Below, piece by piece: positions 8,229 to 18,380 of a stretch of DNA of 34,504 bases. The translations under genes were made by a program, and so were the position numbers. Below the pieces are notes generated by a model, which saw only the letters and a list, made by a program, of their open reading frames with translations, was not told where the DNA came from and ran no database searches. The first letter of the stretch is position 1, and each line of letters begins with the position of its first letter. Where the stretch lies: NCBI GenBank assembly GCA_012719555.1, contig JAAYAE010000007.1, positions 1 through 34,504 on the forward strand. Direction: 5' to 3'. This DNA is from Acholeplasmataceae bacterium. Its GTDB lineage: Bacteria > Bacillota > Negativicutes > Acidaminococcales > Acidaminococcaceae.

Positions 8229-8776
8229 TGTTCTACCCCTTTCTGCACGAGGGCTTCACCCTCAAGTTTTAAATGCTCCAGCACTGTTTCCATGGTTGCC
8301 TTTTGCGCCGTGGCCACAATATCGTCTTTTGTTATCTTAACATTACCTTCAGCCACTATCTTTTCATCCTTACTGAACCAACTGAGCTTATCAGCATTTA
8401 GCTCTCCACCTGTACTAAATACACCTTTGGGGTGCCCTTCAAGTGTAATAGTTTTAGTCTTCATATCTATTTCACCGGTTTCAGATTCAATTATTATATT
8501 ACTGCCATCTGCTTGATAAAATTTTCCCTTGACGCCTTTGAGCACATTTACATCACGCGCTTTGTCATATATCAGTGAAGCCAAAGTCAGCTCCCATACC
8601 TTTTTTCCATTATCTTCTTCATGCAAAGAAGTATTCTTTAGCTCATGCGGCGCCACTTCCGGTCCCTTGGTTACAGGTTCTTTGACACCGCCTGTACCGG
8701 ACATAAGCCAGCCAAAAATTACTGCCATAATAATCACGGCCCCTGTAATGTAGAGTATGGTTTTTTTGTTTTTCAT
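8225..8776 (-). CDS. lptC: LptC, membrane-anchored LPS transport protein
   Basis: N-terminal TM ILYITGAVIIMAVIFGWL followed by a beta-jellyroll-like domain, positioned immediately upstream of lptA-lptB. GGAAGGG SD precedes ATG8776; the longer track ORF (8866) has no SD. Confidence 0.8.
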   Translation of the reverse strand: MKNKKTILYITGAVIIMAVIFGWLMSGTGGVKEPVTKGPEVAPHELKNTSLHEEDNGKKVWELTLASLIYDKARDVNVLKGVKGKFYQADGSNIIIESETGEIDMKTKTITLEGHPKGVFSTGGELNADKLSWFSKDEKIVAEGNVKITKDDIVATAQKATMETVLEHLKLEGEALVQKGVEQ

Positions 8777-8825
8777 TGCAAACCCTTCCTTATCAGAGGA
8801 ACGTGCATTTCGTTCCCGGCATTTT

Positions 8826-9728
8826 CTAAAGTTTGGAATTGCCCTCCGGCTGTTCCTCACCTTCATACGGTGTATTCCAACGGTGTTGGAACCAAATCCA
8901 GTTATCAGGATATTCTTTAATTACTTCCTCTACAATCTTGGTCATTTTCAAGGTTACGTTATAATCATCGGCTTTTCTATCACCGGTATCTTCATAGTAA
9001 AGAGGATCTTTCACAATAGCCAAATGGCCATAATCCCCAGGTTTGCGCACAATAAAGATAGGGATAATAGGTGCGTTAAACTTTCTGGCAAAATATGCCG
9101 GACCTGCAGGCGTTGAAGCCATTTTACCCAAAAACGGTACCAAAATGCCATTATAACCGCCATCCTGGTCAGCAATAAGGCCTAAAAGTCTGCCTTTTTT
9201 CATTGCCCGTGCGCAGCCCAAAATTTCTCCGGTTCCCCGGGAAAAAATTTCTTGCCCTGCTCCACGGCGCAGTTGATTCATAAAATCACTGTAAACTCTA
9301 TTCGGCTGCGGCTTTTCCACCGCACTTATGGGGAATCCATTCAGCGCTAATGCAGCACCCAACCATTCCCAATTATCCATGTGACAAGCAAGCATGACGA
9401 CACCGTGTCCCTGTTTCATTGCCTCCCACAAAACATCAGGTCTGTCAAAATTCACCAATCCTCTAATATTATCTTTATTTAGCGCCGGCATGTACATAAT
9501 CTCTAAAAAGGTCATCCCTAAGTTAAGAAAAAGTTTATGAACATGTTTTTGAGCTTCTTCGGCACTAATTTCTAAATGCTCTTGCATGGTTTCTTCTGCC
9601 CTAATACGTTGTTTTTTGGCAATATACCAATACAATTTACCACAACAACGGCCTAATCTTACCACAAATTTATAGGGTAAGGCGGAAATAATATTGCTGA
9701 TTGTTTTAAGTACATAATAAAGCCACAT
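8826..9728 (-). CDS. lipid A late (secondary) acyltransferase, LpxL/LpxM (HtrB/MsbB) family, copy 1
   Basis: 300 aa with an N-terminal hydrophobic anchor, the HX4E acyltransferase motif in ACHMDNWEW, and C-terminal EYPDNWIWFQHRW typical of this family. Its ATG overlaps the kdsC TAA (TAATG). Confidence 0.85.
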   Translation of the reverse strand: MWLYYVLKTISNIISALPYKFVVRLGRCCGKLYWYIAKKQRIRAEETMQEHLEISAEEAQKHVHKLFLNLGMTFLEIMYMPALNKDNIRGLVNFDRPDVLWEAMKQGHGVVMLACHMDNWEWLGAALALNGFPISAVEKPQPNRVYSDFMNQLRRGAGQEIFSRGTGEILGCARAMKKGRLLGLIADQDGGYNGILVPFLGKMASTPAGPAYFARKFNAPIIPIFIVRKPGDYGHLAIVKDPLYYEDTGDRKADDYNVTLKMTKIVEEVIKEYPDNWIWFQHRWNTPYEGEEQPEGNSKL

Positions 9729-10273
9729 TACTGGTTATCTCCCTGTCCCTTTGCAGTATAGTCAGCTACTATTTTATCCCAAAGTCCTCGAGAACGTAAA
9801 ATTATTTCGATAATTTCTCTTACTGCGCCGAAGCCTCCTGCATTTTGGGTTATATAGTGTGCATTTTTTTTTACATCAATAGTCGCATTAAATGGTGCCA
9901 GTGCCAGCCCTGCTACACCCATTGCCGGTAAATCATTAAGGTCGTCTCCCATAAAAGCCACTTGTTCTAACTCCAGATTATTTTCTCTCGCTAATTGCTC
10001 CAAAGCCGCTTTTTTGTCTGTCACTCTTTCACAAACAAGGGTAATCCCTAATTCTTTAGCCCGGCGCAGAAGTATCTCACTATGCCTTCCGGTAATAAGC
10101 GCTATCGTTAAATCATTGCGCAAGGCCAAAGTTATACCTAATCCATCTTGCGCATCAAAACGCTTACAAAGCTCACCTTTATTGCCAATGATAATGCCGC
10201 CATCAGTAAGCACTCCATCTACGTCCAATACCAACATTTTGATATCCTGAAAATTTATGTTAGGATTTGTCAT
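9728..10273 (-). CDS. kdsC: Kdo-8-phosphate phosphatase KdsC (HAD-IIIA)
   Basis: HAD motif I LVLDVDGVLTDG, motif IV GDDLNDLP, and the size (181 aa) typical of KdsC. It overlaps the kdsD stop by 1 nt. Confidence 0.92.
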   Translation of the reverse strand: MTNPNINFQDIKMLVLDVDGVLTDGGIIIGNKGELCKRFDAQDGLGITLALRNDLTIALITGRHSEILLRRAKELGITLVCERVTDKKAALEQLARENNLELEQVAFMGDDLNDLPAMGVAGLALAPFNATIDVKKNAHYITQNAGGFGAVREIIEIILRSRGLWDKIVADYTAKGQGDNQ

Positions 10274-11238
10274 TATATAACCCCCTGATGAACCAAGTCC
10301 GTCATATGCAGCAAGCCAATAACATGTTTTTCTGCATCAATAACCGGTAATACCGTAATAGGACGCGGTTTATTACTTTCCATTATATGCAAGGCTTCTG
10401 CTGCTAATTTATCTTTGGTAATAGTTTTGGGAGACTTAGTCATCAATTCAACCACTGGTCTAGTTAAGAAATCAAAACCCTTGCTAAGACCGCGACGAAT
10501 GTCACCATCGGTAAGTACCCCAATCATTTTGTTATCATTGTCGATAACAGAAACAGCCCCAAGGCCTTTATCAGTAATAACAAAAAGGGCATCTTCTACC
10601 AGCATTTCTCCCGTTACAACAGGATTTTCATCCCCTTTATGCATAATGTTCTCCACGGTTAATAACAATTTGCGCCCCAAAGAACCTCCTGGGTGAAATA
10701 CAGCAAATTGATCTGCCGTAAATTTGCGGGCAGAAAGAAGCTCTATGGCCAAAGCATCACCATAAGCTAAAGCCGCAGTAGTACTGGAAGTAGGAGCTAA
10801 ACCCAAAGGACAGGCCTCTCTTGTTACGCCTACATTTAGAACTACATCTGCCTGTCGTCCCAATGTACACTCGCTCTTCCCTACCATAGCAATAATCTTT
10901 GCTCCAATACGTCGCAAAGAAGGAAGTATCTGCAGCACTTCCCCCGTCTCTCCGCTATTAGACAAGGCAATGACAACATCATCTGCCGTAACCATACCTA
11001 AATCTCCATGAATACCCTCTGCAGGATGCAGATAAAAAGACGGCGTACCTGTACTAGCCAAAGTAGCAGCTAACTTCCGGCCGATAATACCTGATTTGCC
11101 CATACCCGTAATAACGGTACGGCCATTACACGCTAAAATCATACTAACAGCTGCTGCAAAATTTTCATCTACCCGAGGTATAAGCTCCATAATAGCCTCT
11201 GCCTCCATTTGTAATACTGCTTTAGCTCGTTCTAGCAA
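10273..11238 (-). CDS. kdsD: arabinose-5-phosphate isomerase KdsD (SIS domain plus two CBS domains)
   Basis: [42 protein letters not shown] is nearly colinear with E. coli KdsD, with C-terminal CBS repeats. TTG start at 11238 with GAAGGTG SD 6 nt upstream. Confidence 0.92.
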   Translation of the reverse strand: MLERAKAVLQMEAEAIMELIPRVDENFAAAVSMILACNGRTVITGMGKSGIIGRKLAATLASTGTPSFYLHPAEGIHGDLGMVTADDVVIALSNSGETGEVLQILPSLRRIGAKIIAMVGKSECTLGRQADVVLNVGVTREACPLGLAPTSSTTAALAYGDALAIELLSARKFTADQFAVFHPGGSLGRKLLLTVENIMHKGDENPVVTGEMLVEDALFVITDKGLGAVSVIDNDNKMIGVLTDGDIRRGLSKGFDFLTRPVVELMTKSPKTITKDKLAAEALHIMESNKPRPITVLPVIDAEKHVIGLLHMTDLVHQGVI

Positions 11239-12062
11239 TGTTTACACCTTCTACCAATTTTATCTATTGCAATTACATCTTCTAATAAATCTTCCAATTG
11301 ATCTAACCGCACCATATTTGCTCCATCTGACAAAGCCTCTGCCGGATTGTCGTGTACTTCCAAAAACAGAGCATCTATGCCCACAGCCGCTGCCGCTCTA
11401 GCCATATGAGGCACAAACTGGCTTTGCCCACCGGAAGTAGTTCCCTGTCCTCCAGGTGTTTGCACACTGTGCGTAGCATCCATAACTACCGGGTAACCCA
11501 ACTCTCTCATAATTGGCAAAGAACGCATATCCGTTACAAGAGTATTATAACCAAAACTAACCCCACGTTCAGTAAGCATTAAATTATGGCTTCCAGCTTC
11601 TTCGACTTTTATTACAACATTTTTCATATCCCAAGGTGCTAAAAATTGGCCTTTTTTCACATTAACTACTTTACCTGTTTTAGCCGCCTGATAAACTAAA
11701 TCAGTTTGTCGGCACAAAAAAGCGGGTATTTGTAAAATATCCAAAACTTCTGCGGCTTTTTCTACCTGAATAGTTTCATGGATATCACTAACAATGGGCA
11801 CACCTAAATCTTTTTTTATTTGCGCCAAGATTTTAAGACCTTCTTCGATTCCGGGACCTCGAAAAGATTTTACCGATGAACGATTAGCCTTATCATAAGA
11901 AGCCTTGAAAACATAGGATAATCCTAGTTTGGCACAGATATTTTTAACCGCTTGCCCAATAGCTAAGCTATGCTCATAGCCTTCTAGGACGCAAGGGCCT
12001 GCCATTAATAATAGCGGATGTCCTTGTCCAACTTCATAATTACCTATTTTAACAATATGCAT
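11232..12062 (-). CDS. kdsA: 3-deoxy-8-phosphooctulonate (Kdo8P) synthase KdsA
   Basis: 276 aa. Motifs [31 protein letters not shown] and DATHSVQ.PGG are characteristic of KdsA. Confidence 0.93.
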   Translation of the reverse strand: MHIVKIGNYEVGQGHPLLLMAGPCVLEGYEHSLAIGQAVKNICAKLGLSYVFKASYDKANRSSVKSFRGPGIEEGLKILAQIKKDLGVPIVSDIHETIQVEKAAEVLDILQIPAFLCRQTDLVYQAAKTGKVVNVKKGQFLAPWDMKNVVIKVEEAGSHNLMLTERGVSFGYNTLVTDMRSLPIMRELGYPVVMDATHSVQTPGGQGTTSGGQSQFVPHMARAAAAVGIDALFLEVHDNPAEALSDGANMVRLDQLEDLLEDVIAIDKIGRRCKHC

Positions 12063-12123
12063 ATTTTACTCCTTTCGCTGTATTACCAGCCTCTTTCCTA
12101 GCATTAGCTTAATTATATATATC

Positions 12124-12861
12124 TTACTCTTTATTTGTTTGTTCAAATAATTTATTGACAGCCTCTAAATCTTCCTTAGTATCGATACCAATACCTTGAA
12201 AATCACTAGTTAATACTTTTATTTTAAAACCATTTTCTAAAACACGCAATTGTTCCAAAGACTCTATTTGTTCCATAGGAGTTGGGGCCAAAGCTGCGTA
12301 TTGCAAAAGAAAATCTCTGCGATAAGCATAAATACCTACATGTTTATAAACCTTAAAATCCTCAGGTTTTTTACGCGGGTAAGGAATCAAACTGCGAGAA
12401 AAATAGAGGGCGTAATCATGAAAATCCGTTACTACCTTTACCGCATTAGGATTGTCATAATCCTCCGGTGCCATTAAGGTTTTCAGAGTTGCCATAGACA
12501 GCTGGGAGTCTTTGATAAACGCTTCCGCTAACAAATCAATAACCTGCGGCGTAATCATGGGCTCGTCCCCTTGAACATTAACTATAACATCAACATCAGG
12601 ATATTTTAAAGCAACTTCAGCTAAACGATCAGTACCGCTGGGATGTTCTGATGAAGTCATTATAACATTTCCACCGAACCCTTTTACCGTCTCAACAACT
12701 TTTTCATCATCTGTAGCCACCAGCACTTCTTGTGGCAACTTAGCTTGGCAAGCCCTAGTATAAACGTGCTGAATCATAGGCTTACCTGCAATTAAGGCCA
12801 AAGGTTTCCCCGGTAACCTTGTAGATGAAAAACGGGCTGGAATCACACACATAACTTTCAT
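12124..12861 (-). CDS. kdsB: CMP-Kdo synthetase KdsB
   Basis: N-terminus VIPARFSSTRLPGKPL, NVQGDEPMI and the size (245 aa) are typical of KdsB. Its ATG overlaps the upstream TAA (TAATG). Confidence 0.92.
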   Translation of the reverse strand: MKVMCVIPARFSSTRLPGKPLALIAGKPMIQHVYTRACQAKLPQEVLVATDDEKVVETVKGFGGNVIMTSSEHPSGTDRLAEVALKYPDVDVIVNVQGDEPMITPQVIDLLAEAFIKDSQLSMATLKTLMAPEDYDNPNAVKVVTDFHDYALYFSRSLIPYPRKKPEDFKVYKHVGIYAYRRDFLLQYAALAPTPMEQIESLEQLRVLENGFKIKVLTSDFQGIGIDTKEDLEAVNKLFEQTNKE

Positions 12862-15392
12862 TATCTTTTTATCTCCTTTTTGATGGCGTTATAAATTGCT
12901 TTTTCAAAGTCATCCTGACCATATGTAATTTGAATTTCCATATTTAAAACATAGAGAGGAACTTCTCTCTCAAAATAAATGAATTCTGTAGGAATCTTTA
13001 CCGCGTCTTTAGCCGTAGTGACCAAAGCTTTAACTTTTTTATTAATAGCTCTATCCATAATATATTGCATCTCAACCATACCATAATCATGGTGATCCGG
13101 ATAGCGTATTGCTTCTTCAATTTCCAAACCTTCGTTGGTCAGCGTCTGTTCAAAAGAAGAAGGATTCCCAATAGCAGAAAATACCATAACAGACTGTCCA
13201 TCAAGGTCTTCTAGAGGTAAAGCCTGAGTTTTGATGCCTTTGTACCAATCAGCAATTTCTACGTAATTACAAGGCCTATGCATACTCTCAATAATAGGCG
13301 CCTTATGATTATACTTATGCAGAGTATCGCACAAGGTGTCTCTGGAGATACTGGAACTTTGGTCACTTTTTGTCAAAAGGAATAAACCGGCACGATTTAA
13401 GTTTCTTAAGGGTTCACGCAAGGTTCCCCGCGGAAGCAAACTTCCATTGCCGAACATATTCAAGGTATCCACCAAAACTACATCTAAATCACGATATAGC
13501 TGCCAATGTTGGTAACCATCATCCATAATAATAACTTCAGCGCCTAATTTTTCTACAGCGAACTTGCCTGTAATAGCGCGTTCCTTACCAATAATAACCG
13601 GGATACCTGGTAAAGTTTTAGCCATTAAGTAAGCCTCATCACCTGCTTCATAGGCTGTCATAAAAATCTTTTTACCATCTGACACCACGCCAATCTCTTG
13701 CTCCCAATGAGAACGGTAACCACGATTCAAAATAACAACCCTGTACCCCATTTCTTGAATCATAACGGCAACTTTTTGAGCCGTGGGAGTTTTTCCCGTA
13801 CCACCAACTGTAATGTTACCAATACTGATAACGCAGCAATCTAATTTGGCACGTGATAAAATACCTTTTTCATAAAGATAGAGTTTTATTCTTACCCCTA
13901 TCTCATAAAGCACAGAAAAACCCCGTAAAGTTGCCAATACCAGCCAATCAATAAAATTATTATCTTGGCCATGAGACAACTGCATTAAATATTGAGTAAC
14001 TGCGTCACCGGGCCGCATACGCGGACTTACTTCATCATTTATATTTCTGGTATTGACTTTGTAATGAGCATTAACCATACTCTCAGTCGCCGTTATTTTT
14101 AACAACTCCTGTAAATACTCAATAGTTCGCACCGCAGCCCCGCGATTTTCATGAATAACCTGTAAAGAGGCCTTACCCATTCTGGCACGCAGGTCATCAT
14201 CTTTAAAAACTTCCAACAATACATCTGTCAGCTGCCCCGCATCTTCTATTTGCTTACAGGCACCAACTTTAGAAAGAAGTGCAAAAGAATCTTTAAAATT
14301 ATACATATTAGGTCCGACAATTATTGGTTTAGCATGAGCGGCAGGTTCCAATACATTGTGTCCGCCATGCTTAATTAATGTTCCACCCACAAAAACGGCG
14401 TCTCCCACAGCATAAATACGTCCCAATTCACCAATGGTATCAATAATGATAACAGGATATTGCACTCTCGGTGAAGGTTCTTTTAAAAGCTTAGAACGCA
14501 AGCCGGTTTCCAATCCGTATTGCTTTGCCAGCTTCACAATTTCCTCTGTTCTCCCAGGTTTACGTGGTGCTATAACTATTCGCGCTTTCGGGAATTCCTT
14601 ACGGATAACATTAAAGGAGTTAAACAAAGCGGCTTCTTCCGTAGGATGAGTACTGCCACCTACTAGCACGGGATAAGCATCGATAAGTCCCAATTCTTCT
14701 TTATAGCGCATTAAATCTTCAGGAGTAACTGCTGCGTAAGTCTGGTCAAATTTAGTGTTTCCTGTAACATATATCTTACGTTTTTCTGCCCCAAGATGGG
14801 CAATATAGGCCGCATCTATGGAAGACTGCATGCAAAATCTGGTAACAGACCCCAACATGTCAGATAAAATACTAAATAAATAGCGATATGATTTTACGGA
14901 TTTATCAGAAATTCTACCATTAACCATCATAACAGGTATCTTGCGTAATTTAATAGCACGTAGAAAGTTAGGCCACAGTTCAGTTTCTACAGGCATAAAA
15001 ACACGTGGCATAATTCTTTTTACAAAAGACTCTGAAATGAAAGGTAAGTCTATAGGGAAATAGATAATAGCATCGGCTTCCGGAATAATTTGATTGGCCA
15101 TATCATACCCGCCGGTGGTTACTGCTGATACTAGAATTTTCGCTTCGGGCATAGCTTTGCGTATTTCCTTTACCAAAGGACTAGTAGCTACAATTTCACC
15201 AACAGAGGCTCCATGAATCCAAATACAATCCTTGTGTGCTACTGCCGCTATTTCTTCATCGCTAATCCGTCCCATGGACTGTCTAAACCGTCTGGGGAAA
15301 CCCTTTTCTTTGAAGAAACGCCAACTAAAATATGGCAGTATAAAAATAACGAACACTATTAAAATTAAACAATTATAGACTATGTAATACAT
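12861..15392 (-). CDS. waaA-lpxK: bifunctional fusion: Kdo transferase WaaA/KdtA (about aa 1-432, nt 14097-15392) plus tetraacyldisaccharide 4'-kinase LpxK (about aa 466-843, nt 12864-13997)
   Basis: One uninterrupted 843-codon ORF. The N-terminal TM and IWIHGASVGE...GGSTHP...GGHNVLEP resemble WaaA. The LpxK part has the P-loop ISIGNITVGGTGKTP (nt 13787-13809) and DDGYQH. The linker of about 35 aa has no stop and no relic SD/start. Confidence 0.88.
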   Translation of the reverse strand: MYYIVYNCLILIVFVIFILPYFSWRFFKEKGFPRRFRQSMGRISDEEIAAVAHKDCIWIHGASVGEIVATSPLVKEIRKAMPEAKILVSAVTTGGYDMANQIIPEADAIIYFPIDLPFISESFVKRIMPRVFMPVETELWPNFLRAIKLRKIPVMMVNGRISDKSVKSYRYLFSILSDMLGSVTRFCMQSSIDAAYIAHLGAEKRKIYVTGNTKFDQTYAAVTPEDLMRYKEELGLIDAYPVLVGGSTHPTEEAALFNSFNVIRKEFPKARIVIAPRKPGRTEEIVKLAKQYGLETGLRSKLLKEPSPRVQYPVIIIDTIGELGRIYAVGDAVFVGGTLIKHGGHNVLEPAAHAKPIIVGPNMYNFKDSFALLSKVGACKQIEDAGQLTDVLLEVFKDDDLRARMGKASLQVIHENRGAAVRTIEYLQELLKITATESMVNAHYKVNTRNINDEVSPRMRPGDAVTQYLMQLSHGQDNNFIDWLVLATLRGFSVLYEIGVRIKLYLYEKGILSRAKLDCCVISIGNITVGGTGKTPTAQKVAVMIQEMGYRVVILNRGYRSHWEQEIGVVSDGKKIFMTAYEAGDEAYLMAKTLPGIPVIIGKERAITGKFAVEKLGAEVIIMDDGYQHWQLYRDLDVVLVDTLNMFGNGSLLPRGTLREPLRNLNRAGLFLLTKSDQSSSISRDTLCDTLHKYNHKAPIIESMHRPCNYVEIADWYKGIKTQALPLEDLDGQSVMVFSAIGNPSSFEQTLTNEGLEIEEAIRYPDHHDYGMVEMQYIMDRAINKKVKALVTTAKDAVKIPTEFIYFEREVPLYVLNMEIQITYGQDDFEKAIYNAIKKEIKR

Positions 15393-15395
15393 GCA

Positions 15396-17135
15396 TTATC
15401 CCCTTTGTAATTGCGCCGTCTTAAACTGAATGTCATGAAGATGGGCATAAAGGCCATGTTTGGCCATAAGTTCCTGATGAGTCCCTATCTCAGAAATTTG
15501 TCCCTTATCTAAAACTATAATCTTGTGAGCGTTTTGTATTGTGGACAAACGATGGGCAATAACAAAAGAGGTTCGTCCCACCATAAGGCGATCCAAGGCT
15601 TCTTGCACTACTCTTTCACTTTCTGTATCCAGCGCGGAGGTAGCTTCATCTAAAATTAAAATTCTTGGATCTTTAAGAATTGCGCGCGCAATAGAAATAC
15701 GTTGACGTTGACCTCCGGAAATATTAACTCCTCTGTCACCTAGACTGGTATCATATCCTTGAGGTAATTCCAAAATAAAATCGTGGGCATTAGCAGCCTT
15801 GGCCGCCATTTCAACTTCTTCTTTAGTCGCCTCTAACCGGCCGTAGAGTATATTATCATACACACTGCCATTGAAAAGCGTCGTTTCCTGTGGCACGATG
15901 CCTACCTGTGTGCGCAGGGAGGAAACGCTTACATCCTCAATATTATGTCCATCAATAGTAATATTACCACTGGTAACATCATAGAAACGAGGCAGCAAAT
16001 TAGCAATTGTGGACTTGCCTGCACCTGAAGGACCCACTAGCGCCACTACCTGCCCGGGCTCAACTTTGAAAGAAACATCCTGCAAAACAGGTTCGTTCTC
16101 GTTGTAGGCAAAACCTACGTGTTGAAATTCCACTGCGCCTTGAACCGGAGGCAAAACAATAGCATCAGGTTTATCCTTAATTCCATCTTCTAAATCTAAA
16201 ATATAAAATACTCTTTGAGCAGCCGCTAAAGCTTTTTGGATACTGCCAATAACCCTGGTCAACCTTTTAATGGGGTTTGAAATATTAACTGCATAAACTA
16301 AAAATGCCACTAATGAACCCGGCGTAATTTCGCCATGTATAACACTCCTGCCGCCAAACCAGATAATGGCGGTAACACCTAGGGCTGCCACAAATTCAAT
16401 AACCGGTGTTAAAATTGCCATGAGTTTGGCGTTTTTCATATTGGCCTCAAAATTCGCCATATTTTCACGCTCAAACCTATTTATTTCATATTCCTCGCGC
16501 ACAAAAGATTTTATTATGCGAGCAGAAGACAATGTTTCTTGCAAAACAGAGGTAATATCCGCAGTGCATTCTTGTATGTTGTAGCCAGCAACACGAATCT
16601 TTTTGCCAAACACATCCATAAGCAAAAGTACCACAGGGAAAGTACAAAAAGTGAAAAGTGTTAGTTTCCAATCCAAATAAATCATTGCCCCGACGGAACC
16701 AATAAGTATGCACCCCTCGGTAATCATATCAATCGTATTTTGTACCATAGCAGATTGTAGTGCGGAAACGTCATTAGTTACATAACTCATAATGGTACCC
16801 AATTTGTTTTTATCATAAAATGAAGTGCTTAGCTGCTGCATCTTTCGATAAACTGCACCACGAATATCAATAACCACACGTTCTCCAACATAGCTCATTA
16901 AATAATTTTGTCCATAAAAGAATATTCCTCTGGCAAAAAAGATAGCGACGATACCTAAGGCAATTAAATTTAAGAGATGACTATCTCTTTCTGAAAATAC
17001 CTGATCAATAACGTCTCGAATAATCCAAGGAACGTACAAATTGCCACAGGCTGCTAAGGCCGTGCAAAGGGCAGCTAGAAGCAGTCGTGGTAAATAGGGC
17101 TTTATATAGCTAAGTATGCGTAAATATAGGTTCAT
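15396..17135 (-). CDS. msbA: lipid A/LPS flippase MsbA (ABC transporter, fused TMD-NBD)
   Basis: 579 aa with six N-terminal TMs. Walker A GPSGAGKST, signature ISGGQRQRISIARA, Walker B ILILDEATSALD. The position between lpxB and waaA supports MsbA over a generic exporter. Confidence 0.88.
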   Translation of the reverse strand: MNLYLRILSYIKPYLPRLLLAALCTALAACGNLYVPWIIRDVIDQVFSERDSHLLNLIALGIVAIFFARGIFFYGQNYLMSYVGERVVIDIRGAVYRKMQQLSTSFYDKNKLGTIMSYVTNDVSALQSAMVQNTIDMITEGCILIGSVGAMIYLDWKLTLFTFCTFPVVLLLMDVFGKKIRVAGYNIQECTADITSVLQETLSSARIIKSFVREEYEINRFERENMANFEANMKNAKLMAILTPVIEFVAALGVTAIIWFGGRSVIHGEITPGSLVAFLVYAVNISNPIKRLTRVIGSIQKALAAAQRVFYILDLEDGIKDKPDAIVLPPVQGAVEFQHVGFAYNENEPVLQDVSFKVEPGQVVALVGPSGAGKSTIANLLPRFYDVTSGNITIDGHNIEDVSVSSLRTQVGIVPQETTLFNGSVYDNILYGRLEATKEEVEMAAKAANAHDFILELPQGYDTSLGDRGVNISGGQRQRISIARAILKDPRILILDEATSALDTESERVVQEALDRLMVGRTSFVIAHRLSTIQNAHKIIVLDKGQISEIGTHQELMAKHGLYAHLHDIQFKTAQLQRG

Positions 17136-18268
17136 TTATGTTCTCCAGCCTGTTTTAGTATTAATTTGGCTACCCGTTCTACAGCACCGGATTTGCCTAA
17201 TTTTTTTACAACATCTTTTAATTCTTTGCGAATACGTGCATGTTCAGATGGCTCTAAAAAGTTTAAGACTTCTTTGGCCATATTGTCCGGAGTCATTTCC
17301 TCTTGAATTAACTCCGGTAAAATCTGACGACCGGCTACAATATTTGGCAGGCCAATATGAGGAATCCTAACTAAACATCTAGCAATAGCCACCGTTATAG
17401 CCGAGGTTTTATAGCAGATAACTGATGGTAAACCACATAAAGCAGCTTCTAAAGTAACGGTACCGCTAGTAGCCAACGCTACATCAGCTACACTCATAAT
17501 ATCATAGGTATCCCCTTCAACAATATGCACTTCTACTCCGGCCACTGCTATTAATTCCTTTAACATTCCCAAAGGAATTGTTGAAGCTCTGGGGACAACA
17601 AAATCCACCCCTGGATTTTTTGCTTTAATAATTTTTAAAGCTTTAAGCATGGGTGGCAGCATATTTTTAATTTCTTTTATGCGGCTGCCCGGCAATAAAA
17701 GGATCAATGGATGACCATCACGCTTACCTGCTTTCGCTTTGGCCGCAGTTTCAGATATATGTAATTTCACTATATCCACTAGGGGGTGTCCAACAAATTC
17801 TACATCGGCACCGGCTGCTTTGTATAGATCATACTCAAAAGGAAAAATTGATGCCACTTTATTAACTAATTTTGCAACGTCCCTTGCTCTTCCTTTACGC
17901 CAAACCCAAGCAGAAGGCGCAATATAGGCAACAATTGGTATCCCCATTTCTTTTGCCATAGAAGCTATCCGCATATTAAAATCCGGATAGTCAATAGTAA
18001 CAAAACAGTCAGGACGCCTATCTTGCATAAGCTTACGAAAATCTTTTTTTAACTTATATAATTGGGGTAATTTGCGAATTACTTCAACTATGCCCATAAC
18101 GCCATGGTCTTTAATATCAAAAACCACTTCACCACCGGCGGCGCGCATAGCTTCTCCGCCCATACCGTAAATCTCTGCCGTCGGTTCCAAAGCCAAAATA
18201 GCTTTAGTAAGGGCTGCTGCGTGCAAATCGCCTGATGCTTCACCGGCAGAAAGAAGGATTTTAATCAC
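17132..18268 (-). CDS. lpxB: lipid-A-disaccharide synthase LpxB
   Basis: N-terminal ILLSAGEASGDLHAA plus GT-B features, 378-381 aa. The AAGGGAG SD sits 8 nt before GTG18268. The track start GTG18277 overlaps the SD, so 18268 is preferred. The stop overlaps the msbA ATG (ATGA). Confidence 0.9.
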   Translation of the reverse strand: MIKILLSAGEASGDLHAAALTKAILALEPTAEIYGMGGEAMRAAGGEVVFDIKDHGVMGIVEVIRKLPQLYKLKKDFRKLMQDRRPDCFVTIDYPDFNMRIASMAKEMGIPIVAYIAPSAWVWRKGRARDVAKLVNKVASIFPFEYDLYKAAGADVEFVGHPLVDIVKLHISETAAKAKAGKRDGHPLILLLPGSRIKEIKNMLPPMLKALKIIKAKNPGVDFVVPRASTIPLGMLKELIAVAGVEVHIVEGDTYDIMSVADVALATSGTVTLEAALCGLPSVICYKTSAITVAIARCLVRIPHIGLPNIVAGRQILPELIQEEMTPDNMAKEVLNFLEPSEHARIRKELKDVVKKLGKSGAVERVAKLILKQAGEHK

Positions 18269-18335
18269 AAAAAGCACTCCCTTAATTTATTGATAAATAC
18301 TATTGAAGAAAAAATTGCACAAAACATCACACTGT

Positions 18336-18344
18336 ATTATAACA
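18336..18344 (-). promoter_or_regulatory. candidate extended -10 promoter (TGtTATAAT) for the lpxB-to-yqgF-like transcription unit
   Basis: Minus strand reads TGTTATAAT directly after the lpxI terminator U-tract, about 60 nt upstream of the lpxB start. There is no good -35. Confidence 0.5.
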
Positions 18345-18345
18345 C

Positions 18346-18372
18346 AAAAATAGAGTGGACGCTTGTCCACCC
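18346..18372 (-). terminator. rho-independent terminator (possibly partial) after lpxI
   Basis: Minus-strand RNA GGGUGGAC-AAGC-GUCCACUC (6 perfect bp plus a G-U and a G-C extension) followed by UAUUUUUGUG. It lies 9 nt after the lpxI stop. Confidence 0.7.
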
Positions 18373-18380
18373 CAAAATAT

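Noticed and set aside
12063-12123. TATATATAAT just after the kdsB stop as an internal promoter for kdsA
   Set aside because: The best upstream -35-like hexamer (TTGAAC, inside kdsB) is 19-23 nt away. The AT-rich run is more simply an intergenic spacer carrying the AAGGAG SD of kdsA.
13990-14100. Possibility that the waaA-lpxK fusion is an artefact of a lost stop codon or frameshift
   Set aside because: The linker is in frame with no stop. None of the internal Met codons (aa 439, 459, 470) has an SD, and the LpxK part lacks its own separable N-terminus. I keep it as a genuine fusion pending read-level confirmation.
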